64,000 bases of DNA from Trichosphaerium sp. ATCC 40318 (GCA_038496445.1 JALMLS010000211.1:62001-126000); one strand, 5' to 3'. Positions 1-14,800 are shown, numbered from the stretch's first letter. A program made the numbers and translations. The notes: generated by a model from the letters alone, not told the origin.

Positions 1-1653
1 ATATGATCGTACGAAGTGTAATTTAGCGTATCTAGCTAACGTAACACATAGCATGACGCTCAACTCAACTACTATGGTCGATTACTAGCAACCGCTTCCT
101 CTGATACCACAATCAAGATTTTTGAAGTGCCAGCTGATCAAAAGCCAAAATTCATCACAGATTTGCGCGGGTGCGTTTACTAATTTACAAAACGCAATAG
201 AATAGCGAAACAACGACTCTATCTTCACATGATTGCACTGCAACGCTCTAATTCCGCCTACGCATCACAAAAAAACATTTTCATTTTCAAATCTGTAACT
301 CGTCCAGTTTTACGTCTGATACTAACGTATCCTTCTAGACACAGCGGTGCCGTATGGCAGATTGCTTGGGCGCATCCGAAATTCGGTACTATCTTGGCAT
401 CATGCTCTTATGATCGTAAAGTATTGGTATGGAAGGAGGGTGCTCCTGGTACGGAACTAAGAAAGACATTTGGTTTTTTGACAAAAAACTTTTGAATTAA
501 ATTTTTATTTTGTTTTTGAGTTTTTCTCGTTGTATCTTTCGTAAAGTCACTTAGAATACAAATATTTTAATACTTTAGTGTTCTATATGATTTATAATAT
601 GTATTTAGGAGAGTGGATCCGTATTTACGAGTACACTGACCATAAATTGAGCGTCAACTCTATAAGTTGGGGTCCACATGAATTTGGAAGACTTTGCTTA
701 ATTTGTGGGTCTTCTGATGGATTTATTTCAGTCCATACACATCAAGTACATACTACACATAATTTTTAGTTAACTGAGAGTAATTGTAAGTTGTCTAATT
801 TTATAAAAAGGAGGGAAGTACTTGGGATGTAAAAACATTTGAAGGACATAAATTAGGCGTCAACTCAGTCTCATGGGCTTCTCCTCACACTCCAACATCA
901 TTACTTGACGCTTCAGGTTCTCAACCAGCACATGTCAAAAGATTTGTTACTGGTGGATGTGATAACGTTGTGAGGTTGTGGCAGTATGTTGAAGGAGAGG
1001 AGCAACCTTGGAAACCTCAGGTTCGATACGAAAAAAACCCAAGAAAACTAATTTGTTTTTTAGGCAGAACTAACTGGTCATGCTGATTGGGTAAGAGATG
1101 TAGCTTGGGCGCCTAACATAGGTCTACCAACAGACACTATCGCATCATGCTCTCAGGTACTATTTGAGCTGTTAATAACGCAGTTTTACTGCTTTCATTT
1201 CAGTTAATTAACCAGTTTTTTAAATAGGATGGTACAGTGTTTATTTGGACTTGTGACGCCAATTCTACTGAATGGAACAGAAAAGAACTCCCTAGAAAGC
1301 ACAAGGTATGTTTTTTTTATTTATTGAATTGCAGTTATTTTTTTGTGGCTTGAAGTTCGTGTGAAGATGTTGTTTGTTTGCTTATTTTTTGTGGTAATAG
1401 GATGTTGTTTGGCGTGTAAGTTGGTCTGTTACTGGTAATATTTTGGCAGTTTCTGGAGGAGATAATAAAGTATCGTTGTGGAAGGAATCCTTGGATGTAC
1501 GTGGTCTTGCTTGGAAGTTTTTGAAATTTTTTTCTGCGGAAAGGTTTCCTTCTATTTTGATCAATTTTTGTCTTTTTTGTTTATGATATTAATTATCTAT
1601 AGCATGAATGGAAAGCTATTAGTGTCCTAGACCAAGAGAGCCAAGGATTGTAA
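1..1653 (+). CDS. SEC13: Sec13 WD40 protein (COPII coat/nucleoporin), multi-exon, 5' end probably outside window
   Basis: Spliced exons give MI|[114 protein letters not shown]; stop TAA 1651-1653. Confidence 0.97.
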
Positions 1654-3132
1654 AAAATGATCAAAACACAACTGTGAAAATTTTGAAAAAAAAAACCCAA
1701 AAAAACGGAATAAAAGAAAAACTTATTGATATGCATAGTTGTTATCTACGTATTTCTTTTTTTCCGTGGCAGAATTCTTCATGGATTGTGTACAGATATA
1801 AATCACGCTCTTCCTGACAAACTGAAGAGTCCAAAAATCTGACTTCAGCTCAAGTTTTTGGCTAAAAATGGAAGTATTAGACGTTACTTGCCGTTTGGAT
1901 TTTGTGCACAATCATATTGAACAATTAATTGGAAGTTGCTCTATGCCTTTGATTTATACCCTGTAGCACACAATGGAGCGTGGAGTACTTCATCGCAATC
2001 AGGTTTTATTTGCTGTAGTTTTGAAGCTAGTTTGAAATGTCCGCTCGCTAGACGCCTTCGTTTTTGTGCATGAGGTCACCCAGTGTTATGTACAGTAGTC
2101 TACAATGTTTTCATGACAGAAAGTATAGTTCTATCCAAGGATATTCAAAAACATGGCGCCAACGGTTATAATCCATTTTTATCAATTTTATTTTTCTACT
2201 TTCTGTTTTATTGCAAGAGAATTCGGGCAATTTAGTGATTTCCGGCTACGTACTCTGCTACAAAGGGAGAATTCTATCGTTGGTACGCACGAATGTGTTG
2301 TGTATAGGATAAACACTGGAAGTAGAACCTTCATCCACAACAAGCATTTTAAACTCTACTTACCAACTTCCAACATCACTGGACTTTTGACCTCCTCAAC
2401 GCATTCCCCATGCGTAGGACAAGTGTTCGTAACAAATACACCGCTTTTACGTTACATTCTGAGAAAAAATAAACTAATTGCTCAACCGTTACCCGGTTTG
2501 ATGGCGAGGGTATAAGTACTTGTTTATATAAGTATTTTTGTTAATACTTCACAACCTCTGCAGTGAACTATTTTAAGGTGCTTTCACTCGGACAGCTATC
2601 CGAGGGCTACTGCTACCACTGTTATGCAAGATACAGCAGTTTAATTTAATAACGTCAAGATTTAGTTTTTCGCGTAGATACATTAAAGTCTGCAGCTACA
2701 ACTTGTACAGATTGTTAATATAAACCCTTTACACGGCTTTGGAGATACACTGTTGACGAACAACGTTATTAATACGTGCAGCCATACTACCCCATACTGC
2801 ACGCTAAAAAGTTACGGAAAAACCGAATTGTTGCGTAAAAAGGCATTTGAGGGCGAGCAAAGCGATTCATTTCGGTAACAGACAGACTTTTTTTATTAAT
2901 CTGAAAAGCTCTCGGAAAAGCTCCCAAACACATTGTAAGTGTCTAATCAACGCTTAGCGGTGCGTTTTACGCTATTTAAAGGACTATTGCGTTTTTATTA
3001 GAATTGTACGAAAAATATTGGAAAAGTGCTCTTTTCTACTTTACTGCATAGTGGTTGTTATGTAATCTATTTTAAAATCACTTACCTTGATACAAAGACC
3101 CATTGACAACATCTCCCAGATCTACAAGCAAC

Positions 3133-3804
3133 ATGTCCAGGAAAACAATCGCTTGCACTAATAAGACGTACAAAATCGAACCTATCTACAAGTATCCAAA
3201 GGTATCTCCTTCGATGAAGAAAGCAGCAATAACAGCAAGAGCCAAAGCTAGACTATCATGTGGTTGCTCTAGGTGTACGTAGACCACTATTCTTCTTTTT
3301 GTAAAGTACTCGCGGATTTTTTCCTTTCTGACGTTAGATATTGGTTTAGGTTTCGTTGTGGGACGCGTACCTCCTCACAAGAACGGTATGACCGAGTTTA
3401 TGCACTTTAATCGCATAAATGGGCTTCCTATCAAGTTCAAGCAACGGAGGTATAAATACGCTCCTTGCGATATCAATGCTATTTGCCGCAAGTCCGTTGA
3501 AGGTACGTCTTGTTGTTTTTTTTTTTTTGCAAACTTACTTACCAATACTCCTACAGTTGCCAAAAACCGCAGTGTAGATGTGTTTGCAGAAGGATCTAGT
3601 AGGGCCATCGATAAGAAGTACGCCACATTGAGGCTGTCAAAAAAATCGGCTTTCACCAGAGTACCTCAACAGTCAGCTGTCGCTAAGGTAAGTAGTATTT
3701 TTTATGAATTTACAATTCTAAAGTGATCGTAGGCGCGTAAACGCGTTCCTCAAAAATCACGCGAACAAGTTCACCCATGCTCAATAAGTTTCTTGATCAG
3801 CTAA
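3133..3804 (+). CDS. Hypothetical basic protein, multi-exon
   Basis: ATG 3133 MSRKTIACTNK..., exon content in ORF 3358-3726, canonical introns, last exon ARKRVPQKSREQVHPCSISFLIS*; no family recognised. Confidence 0.45.
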
Positions 3805-4238
3805 GAGAAACGCCTGCTATCAAAATATCATCACAATTGTAAATAAAAATCTGTCATACACGTACTTCTTGTTTATTAGTCTTTGAGCGTAAGAAAGCGC
3901 TGTGAGTGTCTATTTTACAAATCAATTCTTGAAGAATAAGAAACAGCTATACAGTTTTATTAGTTATGAGACCGCGCCAGTGAGTGCCTAGAAACGTGTC
4001 AAGCTTACTTTTATGATAAACTCGCTGGTAATGAAAGTTCAAGTGATCAATACCTGCACGTAGTTGGGTTTTTCCATGTACATTCAGTAGAAGCCATGTG
4101 TCACTGGACATCTGAGATTGCGCAAAATAAATTAGTTCGACTGAAGCGAAAAAGGCGGTCATCCTCAATTCAAACTTAAATTCATATGAATTGCTTACTA
4201 AGTATACAAAAAGTGTTGCAAAGGATTTTCTAGCAAAA

Positions 4239-4258
4239 TTTTTTTTTGTTTTTTTTTT

Positions 4259-4293
<35 letters not shown>

Positions 4294-4606
4294 TTCTTGG
4301 GCTTCCGCCTTCGAATGCCATTTTTGCTAGATCTATGTCATAGCTGGATATCATTACGATATTTGATACGCCTGTAGGTGGGTAGTAGAGGTCTTCTACC
4401 TGTGGGTCCCAAGTCAGAGCGTATGTGTAGTCTGGGTTGGTATTAACCAAGATGCTTTTAGGGACTGTGACCGTGACATTAATCACTAATGGTCTGCCCA
4501 GGAGAGAATTGTATTTTTTACGAGCGTACTTTCGCACTGCTCGGAGTAGTCTTGACATGTCAAGCAGAAGTATAGATATTATAGTTGTAGTATTCGTATG
4601 CTTCCA
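4239..4606 (-). other. Poly(A)-tailed, GC-richer segment with an open frame along its whole length (candidate retroposed mRNA fragment)
   Basis: Minus-strand frame WKHTNT...MSRLLRAVRKYARKKY...GGSPRM ends in TAA that runs into a ~50-nt A tract (T run 4239-4290); imperfect flanking repeat CTAGCAAAA (4230-4238) / CTAGACAAAA (4607-4616). Confidence 0.45.
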
Positions 4607-5698
4607 CTAGACAAAAAATCGATTTTCCTTTTAACCAAGTAATTTCTTGTTGCAAAAAAATTGTGGTTTGCTACGGTTTTCTCAAAAACCAGTCCAATGT
4701 GTTGTACGTGTTAATAGAAGCATATTGTGGCCAATTGATAGTATATATTCGGATTTCGATGTTGAGATTCAAGATGTGGAGTTATGAAGTAAATTGAGAG
4801 TGGCTTGTTGAGAAACAAATGTGAAATTCGAAAAAGACTTAAAAGCAACTTACACCGGTTTATACGTTCCCGCGTGGTATCTTCCACGCGCATTTTGAGA
4901 CTCATCTATATTTAAAAGGGATATTAAGCCAATACAAAATAATAAGAAAACGAAGAACCGAGAATTTGTGTAATCAACCTTTATTTACTAGTGGTATGTT
5001 ACTAATGTAAAGGAAGGTGTTTCCGTGTCGTTTTGATCCAAAAAAAGGTCGATCTTTCTGTTGTAGCTTCTCTCAAGCTCTTGTCGCTCAAAACGTGCCT
5101 TGATTTTATAACGTAAATGTATCATAGCGTTGGTGACGGTTTGAACCTGTAACTTGCCTTTTCGGTTTCAAAAAAAACGTGATCGTACCGTTACCGATTT
5201 TCAGTTGATTTTTGCTCTCAAACATCCTTGTATGTACTATGAGACATAGCCGTATAAACTTTAACCTTTTTGGCGCTCTTTTAGTTCAAAACAGCATTTT
5301 CCTTTCTTTTGCACTCTAACGCTTTAGCAAGAGCGTACCTCTCAGATTCGCGATACTTTTCAGCTCTTTCGAGCTGGTTCTGTACCAACAGCAGCAATCA
5401 CAGTTGAAAACTCGTAATCATGGCTCATCAGCTCATAGAATATACAAGCGCGTTCCGTGATCTACATACAGACTGGCTTACGCCTAAGGCAACCGTTCGC
5501 ATACTGCATAGGATTAATGACCCTGTAGACTTTGGTTCGCTCACAATAGATACAATGCGAATGTTCTGAATTTTACTGCTTTGCAGATGACTTATCAGTA
5601 AGACGTTAAGATATCGTTGGCAGACGCTAAATTCGTTAAGAAACAAAAGAAGAGTTAATAATTTTCTTTTTTTATTATTTTAGTTGCACAATACAGAC

Positions 5699-8439
5699 TC
5701 ACGTTCCAGCGTTATCTCTCTCCTTTATCAGTTGGTTCCACCTTAAAAAGAAAAAGAAACGTTAGAAACACGCGATTGTATTAAATTGTACCTTGCTTTG
5801 TTCTCAACAAGTTGTCGATAAGCCAAAAACTTTGGTAGAAACTTGTATACAGACTCGAAAAGAGGGTGTACAATAAAATCAATGAAATTGACTTGCATCT
5901 TAAACAAATCGGAAGTAGCTCTATCACAAAAAGGAGAGTAGTCTAATCCCAACTTCTTCTCTTTATCACCCTACAAAAAGATTAAATCAAAGCACACTGA
6001 AAAGACGCAAAATAGTTGAAAAAAAAAAGCAAGCCTTTACGGTAAACCATTGAGGATCATTGCTTTTGAAAACTCCCAAAAACTCCCATCATCGAGAGTA
6101 TAGTGTGGCTCCATCAAAAGTATTTTCACGGAGTGGGTGTCAATAGAAAAGTGACATTTTTGATTTTTATTCTTACCTGTAGGAAGAACTCTTCTTGTAT
6201 CATATTAGCCCAATACCTTGCTATTGGGAAAGGCTTTGACGGATTAGATAGATCAGCTGATTTTAAAATTATTTTTATCAATAAAGCTCTATGATCCCTT
6301 GTCAATGCCTCAACATTTGGTTCTCCGTTCAAAAAAGTTTCTTTAAATTTAGTCAAAAGCTCCATATGAAATTTCAAGTCTGTTGCAAGAATAGCCTCCT
6401 AAAAATCACGTGATCAGTGAGTTTTTCAAAAAAAAGAAGAGTTTCTTTTGTACATACAATTATCATTGCACGAATATAACGGTAGTCCTTTTGCGAAAGG
6501 TTCGACAAAATGTTGTATTCACCTATGAAACAAAAAAATGAGAAAATAATAGGAAATAAAATGTCATTGCAAGTGTCAAAATTTACGCACTCATCATTTC
6601 AAACGCCGCTGATGCATGGTAGTTTTCAAGTACTGAATTATCATTATATCTTAATGCAAGCTGCGATCGAGAGTTGACGTGAAAGACATTAGATTCGCCT
6701 AGTAAAGAAAATCAGAAAAAAATATCAAAATGAAGAAAGACAACGTCAATCTAAACAAAAAACTCACCAGGGTGATCAATATCGTGAACGAGGGAAGATA
6801 ATAACACTGCAAAGACATCAAGAGGTGATAAAAATTTAGAAACCTAGACGCGCATGAGTTAAAAGAACAAACAGTAAGAGCCATACTCTAGTTTTAGTAA
6901 GCGTGAGATAAACTGTATGCGTCACATCAAATGCGTGAATAAAGTTATGGTATGGATTTTCTTTATGATATTTAAGCGATACAGCATTAAGAAAGCCTTT
7001 AAAGTCCTCTGGATCAATCTACATTCAAAAGTTAAAAAGAGGTACAACTGACATTACAATCAATGGTGGCACTCACCTTGAACGTATTCATTAGATCGAA
7101 ATCAGCAAACATATTGTACATAAGTGGTAATAGTTGTTTTACATCGTAAGACCTGTTAATAGATACTTAGCTCTCGACATTACATAGGTAGCAAGACATT
7201 GCATCCAACCCAAAGAAAACTTACCAAACATCAAAACTCCAAGCACGCAAAGCCTCCGTTGCCGTTGAATCAATAGCCCTGGACCAATCAAGACTTTTAC
7301 GGAGTTTTTTCCGTCTTGTAACAGTAGGCGTATCACTTGGTTTCGTCAAGTTGAGTTCATTTTGAATCCATAATCTTGCTTGGCCTGTACCTTTATCTTC
7401 AAAGGCTAAAAAAAAAAGTCAGAAAAACCTTAAATAAAAAAAATCATTACCCGGAGTGTATAACCCAGATAGATTCTTTAGGTTAAGAATAACCATATTT
7501 AATGTTTGCTTAACATCAGGAGATAACGTTCCCTCTTTTGAGAGTAAATCGCTAATCAACAGATTAATTTCAATAAAAAAAACCGAACGGAGTTTAAAAA
7601 ATGAAATGAAAATTTCCTTACTTTATAGCACGTGTTATAGCTGTTATTGGCGCTTCCGTTAATACTTGTACTTCCTCTGTTAATTCAGCCAATTTATCTT
7701 GCTATAAATAAAATTATAAATGAAGCTCTAAAAGACTAAAAAAAAACCCAAGTTTGAACGTAGTAAGCTCAAAATAGCATTTGTCTTTACCATTTTTTGT
7801 TTATCTCTTTGGTTTTCATCAAATTGTGACATAATAAGCTTCTCCCTTTGTTTTTTATATACGCTACTCCAAAGGTTCTGTAATTGGGCTCTTCGTACAG
7901 GTTTAAGTATAAAATCAGTTGCTCCTAGTTTTACACATTGATATACTAGTCTAACATCCTCAACAGCTGATATCACTATAAAAAAACGAGTTTTAACGCT
8001 ATGTGTGATTTTTTTTTTTTGGGCTGTTTTTGACGCACTCACAACCGGCAGTCTTCTAAGGACCTCATCTGCTTGTAATGTACGTAGTAGATCTATACCG
8101 TCCATGCCAGGCATCTTAACGTCTGATATTATCATATTATAAGACGATTTGGTTGCATCACCGTTAGGACGCAATAATTTTAATGCCTCTTCACAGCTTT
8201 CGCATACATCAACGTCTAAAAACAGTTTTAAGTTTAATTTACGTTAAAGATTTCTCCCGTTACTAACGTTGATAGCCACAATCGTTTAGTGTTCTCTTAA
8301 CTACATGTCTAGATACTGCTTCGTCGTCTATTACGAGGACATGAATCGCTGTGGGGTCAAAACTCATTCTACGACTTCCTGCTTTCATATCTAGGTACTT
8401 CTCCCTTGGCGGGCGTCCTAATGACGGAGAACTGGCCAT
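5699..8439 (-). CDS. regA: RegA-like response-regulator receiver + class I cyclic-nucleotide phosphodiesterase
   Basis: Receiver motifs VLVIDDE, IISDVKMPGMDG, GATDFILKP; PDE motifs NPYHNFIHAFDV, HDIDHPG, YNDNSVLENYH, KSADLSNPSKP, EEFFLQGD, QVNFIDFIVHPLF; probable stop after RDNAGT (extra 3' exons possible). Confidence 0.9.
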
Positions 8440-8871
8440 TCCGTTCCTATGTAGGGAGTTTTGTGGAGTTTTGGCGAATTTGGTTTTACCACCTTCTTTA
8501 AACGGTGCTGACCTTTGTTGAAAGTTTTTCATAGATGTATTGTTCGGTGTATGGCCACGCTTTAAGTTCTGAGCGGCTTTGGAAGCTTAATCTTGTGTGC
8601 ACCATAGTAAAGTATCTCTACAATTTATCAATACCGTATTGTTGAGCTAAAACGGTGCTCAGTGCGAATAGTTGTGAACAGTATGTGTCAGAATTTAATA
8701 ACCGCAATAGCACTGTTTTTCTGCGCATTACAATGGGCACGCGCAAGTGTGTAAAGTACTTTGTGACCAGCAATCTGCTTGTTTAAAATTTTGTACTTTT
8801 TTGTACTTTTGCACCAACCCGCAACTGCTGCCGTATGTGATCTTTTATGGCATCAACGTATAGATTAGAGC

Positions 8872-11800
8872 ATGTTAAATCAACTAGCAAGTTATGAGAG
8901 CCATTACAATTTAACACTTGATCGCCTAAAGAGAAACGATCCAAGACTGGTTGAAGTTATAATAAAATGGCCTTTAAAACCAAGACAGATACAAAATTGG
9001 GTTAAACAACTTGTAGATTGCCTCATCAACACGTCTCACGTATCAACACTCAATTTATGCAGGTACTGTGCAAACTTTCAATTAAACTCTTGTTGTTGTT
9101 TATATTAGTTTTTAATAAATGGTACAGTAACGGCTCTGACTTCTCTAATGCTGACCTGGATGAAATACGTCGTTTGCTGGAAAAAACAACTGGAATAACA
9201 AAAGTAAGCAATTTTATTAATTTCTGTTTCGCTGAGACTTACTCCACGTAAAGCCAGCGCGTGCGAAATACGATTAAACCCTTTTCTAGTTGAATTTGGC
9301 GAGTAATAATATTACTGGTAATGGGTTGCGTTCTTTGGCTTTACCGCTCAAGGACAACGGGACTTTAAAGCATTTGAACCTGTCAGGAAACAATTTTTCT
9401 GTTATGAGCGAAGTGGAGGGTACACTCGGCTTTCATAAGCTCTGTGTCCGCCTAGCCAAGAATATGTGTATCAAAGAACTCTATTTGGCAGGTACTGGAT
9501 TGACACATTGCCAGTAAGTAGAATTATTCATTAGTTGTTTCAAAAACCATGTCGATAATTTTTTGCCATTAACGTCTCATTTAGGACAACCTCTCTTGGG
9601 AAGTTGCTCGAACGTAACTGTTGTATTGAAGTATTAGATCTAGCGCGCAACCCAATATATGACATTGGTCTTGGTCACATTGCTACAGTGAGTGTTCAAC
9701 ATCAAGAGAAAAAAATTTCAGAAAAAGAAATCACAAAGAGAATTAATTACTCCGTTCAGTTAGAACTGAACATATTAATTTGGTTTTCAAAATATTCTAA
9801 AACGATATGTCTAACTTGATTGTTAGGGTTTAACGAAAAATACTGCGCTACGTCAATTAAATTTGAGTCGAACTAATTTGGATGATATTGGACCGTTTGT
9901 TTCTGCGTTACGTAGCAACACAACTCTTAGTGTTCTTTCTCTACGCGCGAACGCAATAAAAAACTCGAGTTTCAGAGATTTGATGGATCACGTGGCAACC
10001 ACTACATCCCTAACGTACAGTTTTTTTTCTTCAGCTCAAAACTAAAGTACTTCAAGCGCCCTTGATTTGAGTTATATTACACTTAACATGAGCATGATCA
10101 CTGCACTGAAGAATGCAGTAGAAACCAGCAGCGCTTTAAAGCAGCTAAATATAAGTAACACTGGGTGCGTAAAGGATTTTTTGTTGTATTACTTTTTTTC
10201 CTTTCTTTACAATTAGGTTAACTTTGTTTACAGATTGACCGGAACTCACTTGGAAAAAATAACAGAACACCTTGCTACAAATACTGTATTAGAGCGCCTT
10301 GATATTTCTTTCAATCCATTGCGTGATAAAGAAAAGTTCATGAAACATTTGATAAAGTCAGTTCAAAGGCCTCCTGTACGGAGCACAGCACTGTTTGAGT
10401 ACGAAAGTTGATGTCATCATTATTATATACTTACATAATATTACTAGCTCGTTAGCCAAAAATACAACACTAACAAGGCTAGACTTGGCAGGTGTTGACA
10501 AGGTAAGAAAAACTGAACCAAGTTTTCCTCAAACAATCAAGAAAATATAACGGAGTTTTAGCTTTTCAAGGCAAATGCCGTAATGAGTAAATTCTTGTCC
10601 TGTCTTAAAAGAAATACGACGCTAGAGACCCTATCATTATCACACAATAACCTTAAATTTGCAGATTGGCATGCGTTTGTACATGTGCGTATAAAGCTAA
10701 TCATAACGTGACGATGTTTTTACTAAATATAACTTAAGGCAATCAAAACCGACAATAAGACACTAAAGACTTTGTATCTATCAGCTACGAATATAACCTC
10801 TGATTTAAAGAAAGAAATGGCTACCTGGTATACAACAACAACTACACTAGTCACACTTCGATTGGGTATAGATTTTGACTTAAAACATGGAGAGACATCA
10901 ACGAAGATATATAGTGGCCTTTCTCTTAAAAAATTACCATCAAGATTACTTGATATGCTTCATTTAACAAAGATTGATCTTAGCAATAACCAATTAAAAC
11001 GAATACCATCTCAATTTGTTAAATTCAAGCAACTCAGAGACCTTAATTTATCAAGGAATAAGCTTACTTATTTACCACCTCAACTCGGTCTTTTAGAGCA
11101 TTTGAAGGACCTCAATGTACGGGGTACGTAGTAATATTATTAACGTATGTATTTATTAATAATTCATAGGTAATCCTGGCCTTATGTCACCTACAGAAGC
11201 TACAATAAGAATGGGAACAAGGGCAACATTGAATTACTTAGCAAAATTGCTTCACGGAAAGCAAAATATTTACATCGACAAAGTCATGATTGTTGGTCCC
11301 GAAAATGTCGGTAAAACAAGTAAGTACCATATATAACTAGTGTATTATACCAAAACAAGAATATCGGAGCACTCATTCTATGTATAGGCTTGGCAACGAT
11401 TTTACAAAGTAAATTGATCGATTCCAAAAAACCAAAAATACCAAAAGGACTACCTACCACAAAACCATCACCTAAAACGTCACAGAAGCTACCTAATCTT
11501 TCTACGGATGGTATAAACTTTTATAATATACCTACAACTGTTGAAATTGAAGGTGAAAAGAAAGAGGTTATCTTACGTCTTTGGGACTTTGTACGCCGTC
11601 ATGTCAATTTTTTCTCTTCTTCGACTTGTTCTTACTTTAACTATGTACAAGTTTTTATCTTCTTTACTAACTGAGATATTTGTTTAGGCAGGTCAGGAGA
11701 TATACTATGTAACACACCAATTTTTTTTATCGGACCACAGCATCTATATTATAGTCCATGATATGTCCAAAGATAACGATGACTCAATTACATACTGGCT

Positions 11801-14800
11801 AAACTCAATCTCAAGTCAAACACGTGACGCTCAAATCATACTTGTTGGCACCCATTCGGACGCCGATAAGTGTCAAGAAGGTACAAAAGAAGGACTGTCA
11901 TTCTTGTATTCTCATAAAACTTAGACGGATACATTAATGACCACTTAAAACACTTGGTTGATAAGTATTCTGAAAGATATCCATTCATGAAGCATGTTGT
12001 AGCAGTAAGCTGTTTATGGGAAACAGTTGATGATTTAGTGGTTTGTATAAAGAAGTGTTTGTGTAATTCGTCAAAACATGGTGGCGTGCTTGTACCAAAC
12101 ACGTGCGTTTTCTTATTTTTGCAAACTGTAAACTTAATTTTTTTTCAGGTATGTAGCTTTTCATGAAGTGTTACTACAAGAAGTTAAAAGAGCGAAAAAG
12201 GGACATCGTCCATTGTATACATCTTGGAACTACCTAGTAAAGCTTGGCAAGTATGTAAATATTTTCAAAGAACAAGACTTGAAGAGGTACAATGATTAGA
12301 ACGATTTTTAAGTATTAGTAATAATGGTTTTCTTTTTGCAGGTGTTGTAGTATATTACATGATGGTGGGTATATTGTATACTTTGATGAACCTGGGCTAG
12401 ACGATCTTGTTATATTAGGTGCGTGGACATATATCGTGTTAATATATCTATTCTTACTTCTACATCAAGACCCGGAGTACCTCGCTTCTGTTTTTTCTAC
12501 AATAATCACAACAAAACAAAATTTTGTAAAGCAAGGTCTGATTCAGCACGACAAGCTACAGGTACAAAGACAAACCACATGGTTTTACCATGTTAATTAA
12601 GCTCTTACGTATAACATTTAACGTTTTATCTAGCATATTTGGGCGAGTGATATGTACCCAGTAGAAATTCATGATAAACTCTTGAAAGTATTGAGAAAAT
12701 TTGAAATCGCTTATGAACTTGATGGTCGCTTCCAAAAAAAAATCATAGGCGAGATGGGAGGTAAAGAAAGAGGCGAGACGAGGTACAAATGAACTCTTTG
12801 AGAGTATAACTTAATGTAATCTTAAGTTTGATACCATGGCTACTACCAGAGAATAGACCAAGGACGGATCTGTTGTGGCATGATTGTCTGATTCAAGTGA
12901 GTCTTTTTAATGATTTGGTTATCTTTTTGACAGTGCTGTTAACTCTGCGCCTGTATTTATTTGTCCTTATCATTATTATACTACCAATTCTCGTTGTTCG
13001 GAAACTAATGATGTTATGTGTAGTATGATAGGGTGTATGTTTTAGAATTTATACCGAAAGGATTATTCAGTCGTCTTTTGATACACTGGATTTCATACTC
13101 TTCACATGTTTTAAAGCTTTGGAGATATGGTATGATAGGTGATAAAAGGGTAGATAACAAACTTGTTGTATTTTTATTGGAGCATTCTTTTGCGGAAAAC
13201 AAAATAACCCTAACAATAAGGTACACAGTGAACTAAAAGAAATCGTATACTCCATTGATGTTAACTCATATTTGAACAGGGGAGATAAGAGTGCTTCTCA
13301 AATACTCCAAGATGGCGTTGACACTATTGACACGTTTCTAAAGTATGCACGTGCTTTAATAATAGATTACTAACAAGTATATTTACAGTTCTTGGTCACT
13401 TTCAATATCCAGATTTGTTTCTTGTCCTAAATGTAATATAATTCATGACAGACCAAAATCAGAGCCAAGGCCTCCTTACGTTAATGGAGCAAGACCAAAG
13501 TCATTTACGAATACAAAACACTACGCTAGTAACAGTATAAGGTTTGTAGATACCCTCCTAAAAGACCCAACTAACCATCTCATAAGTGAATCGGTTGATG
13601 TTATAAAAAACCTTTTATCATTTGCTAAAAGTTCAAACAAAGACAAGGTGAACAATGGTACTACTGATCCCTAGATAGTTTTCTAAAATCTAACTCATTA
13701 ATATCCAAAGGCCCTCCATCTCCAGAACTTAAATATAAGCACAGATCTTTGACAAGAAACACTGGGCGCATGTTGTATGCGGATTTGGAAAATCTCAAAA
13801 AGCCGCCAAGGTTTATGTTTAAGTTCAAAGTAAGATGCCATTCTCTTTTATTACTCCAATTCACTCTTGTACCAAGGAGCTAACAAATGCCGCTTTGGAA
13901 GGCAAGTTATTTGTCAGTTGTGGAAACACACATCGAGTCCGTATTGATGCTATTGCACCTGATATTACGTTCAATGACTTCCAAGGGTAACAAGAAATCC
14001 AGACAATTTTTGTTTATTTTCTTTTTAGAATCCAGGTGAACCCAGACGAAGTAACTATGGAAAAACAAATAGGTAAAGGTGCATTTGGTACAATATGGAA
14101 AGGAAAATGGAATGGAAGAGTAGTAGCAGTAAAGGAGCTTATTCTAAAGGGTCAAGATAAGAGCGATGTCTTTCTTGATTTCAGAAGAGAAATTTGGTTA
14201 ATGAGGTTGAACAAATCCCTTTTTATTCATGTGACATTACACTGAATTCTAACTCTTTTACCAATAGTATGATGAAGCACCCTAATGTTGTAAATCTTCT
14301 TGGCTTCACATTGAAGCCTTTCCAGATGGTACATATACAAACAACTAACAGTTGTCGTTAAATAGTTTTTGTGTAGATAATGGAACTTATCTCAGGAGGA
14401 GATTTGTACAACTTGTTACACTCGGAAAAACCTCTATCGCTTGCCCAGAAATATCATATTGCAGCTGATATTGCTTGCGGTATTGCTCACTTACACTCAT
14501 TACATCCACCGCTTATTCACAGAGATCTCAAGAGTCCTAACATACTTGTACATGCGTTTCAGTTTAAGTTTAATTTTTAGCCTTTAACTCTCGTTAGATT
14601 TCTTGTACGGATTCTAGCAGTAACGTCATGGCGAAAGTAGGCGATTTTGGATTATCCTCGCGGTTGTATGGTTCTTCTGCTCTCAGAGAAGCTACAAAAC
14701 AGAGAGCAGTTGGTAATCCAACATGGCTAGCGCCAGAGATTATGAGAGAAGAAGTGCGTAATTATGGATGACTTCTTTCGTCTTTTCTTTGGTTGATTTA

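Noticed and set aside
2153-2515. 120-aa ORF downstream of Sec13
   Set aside because: Includes intron-like pyrimidine tracts and no recognisable domain; no consistent gene model could be built
4926-5646. Possible extra 3' exons of the PDE or a separate minus-strand gene
   Set aside because: Several splice-like sites, but no single frame could be supported without transcript data
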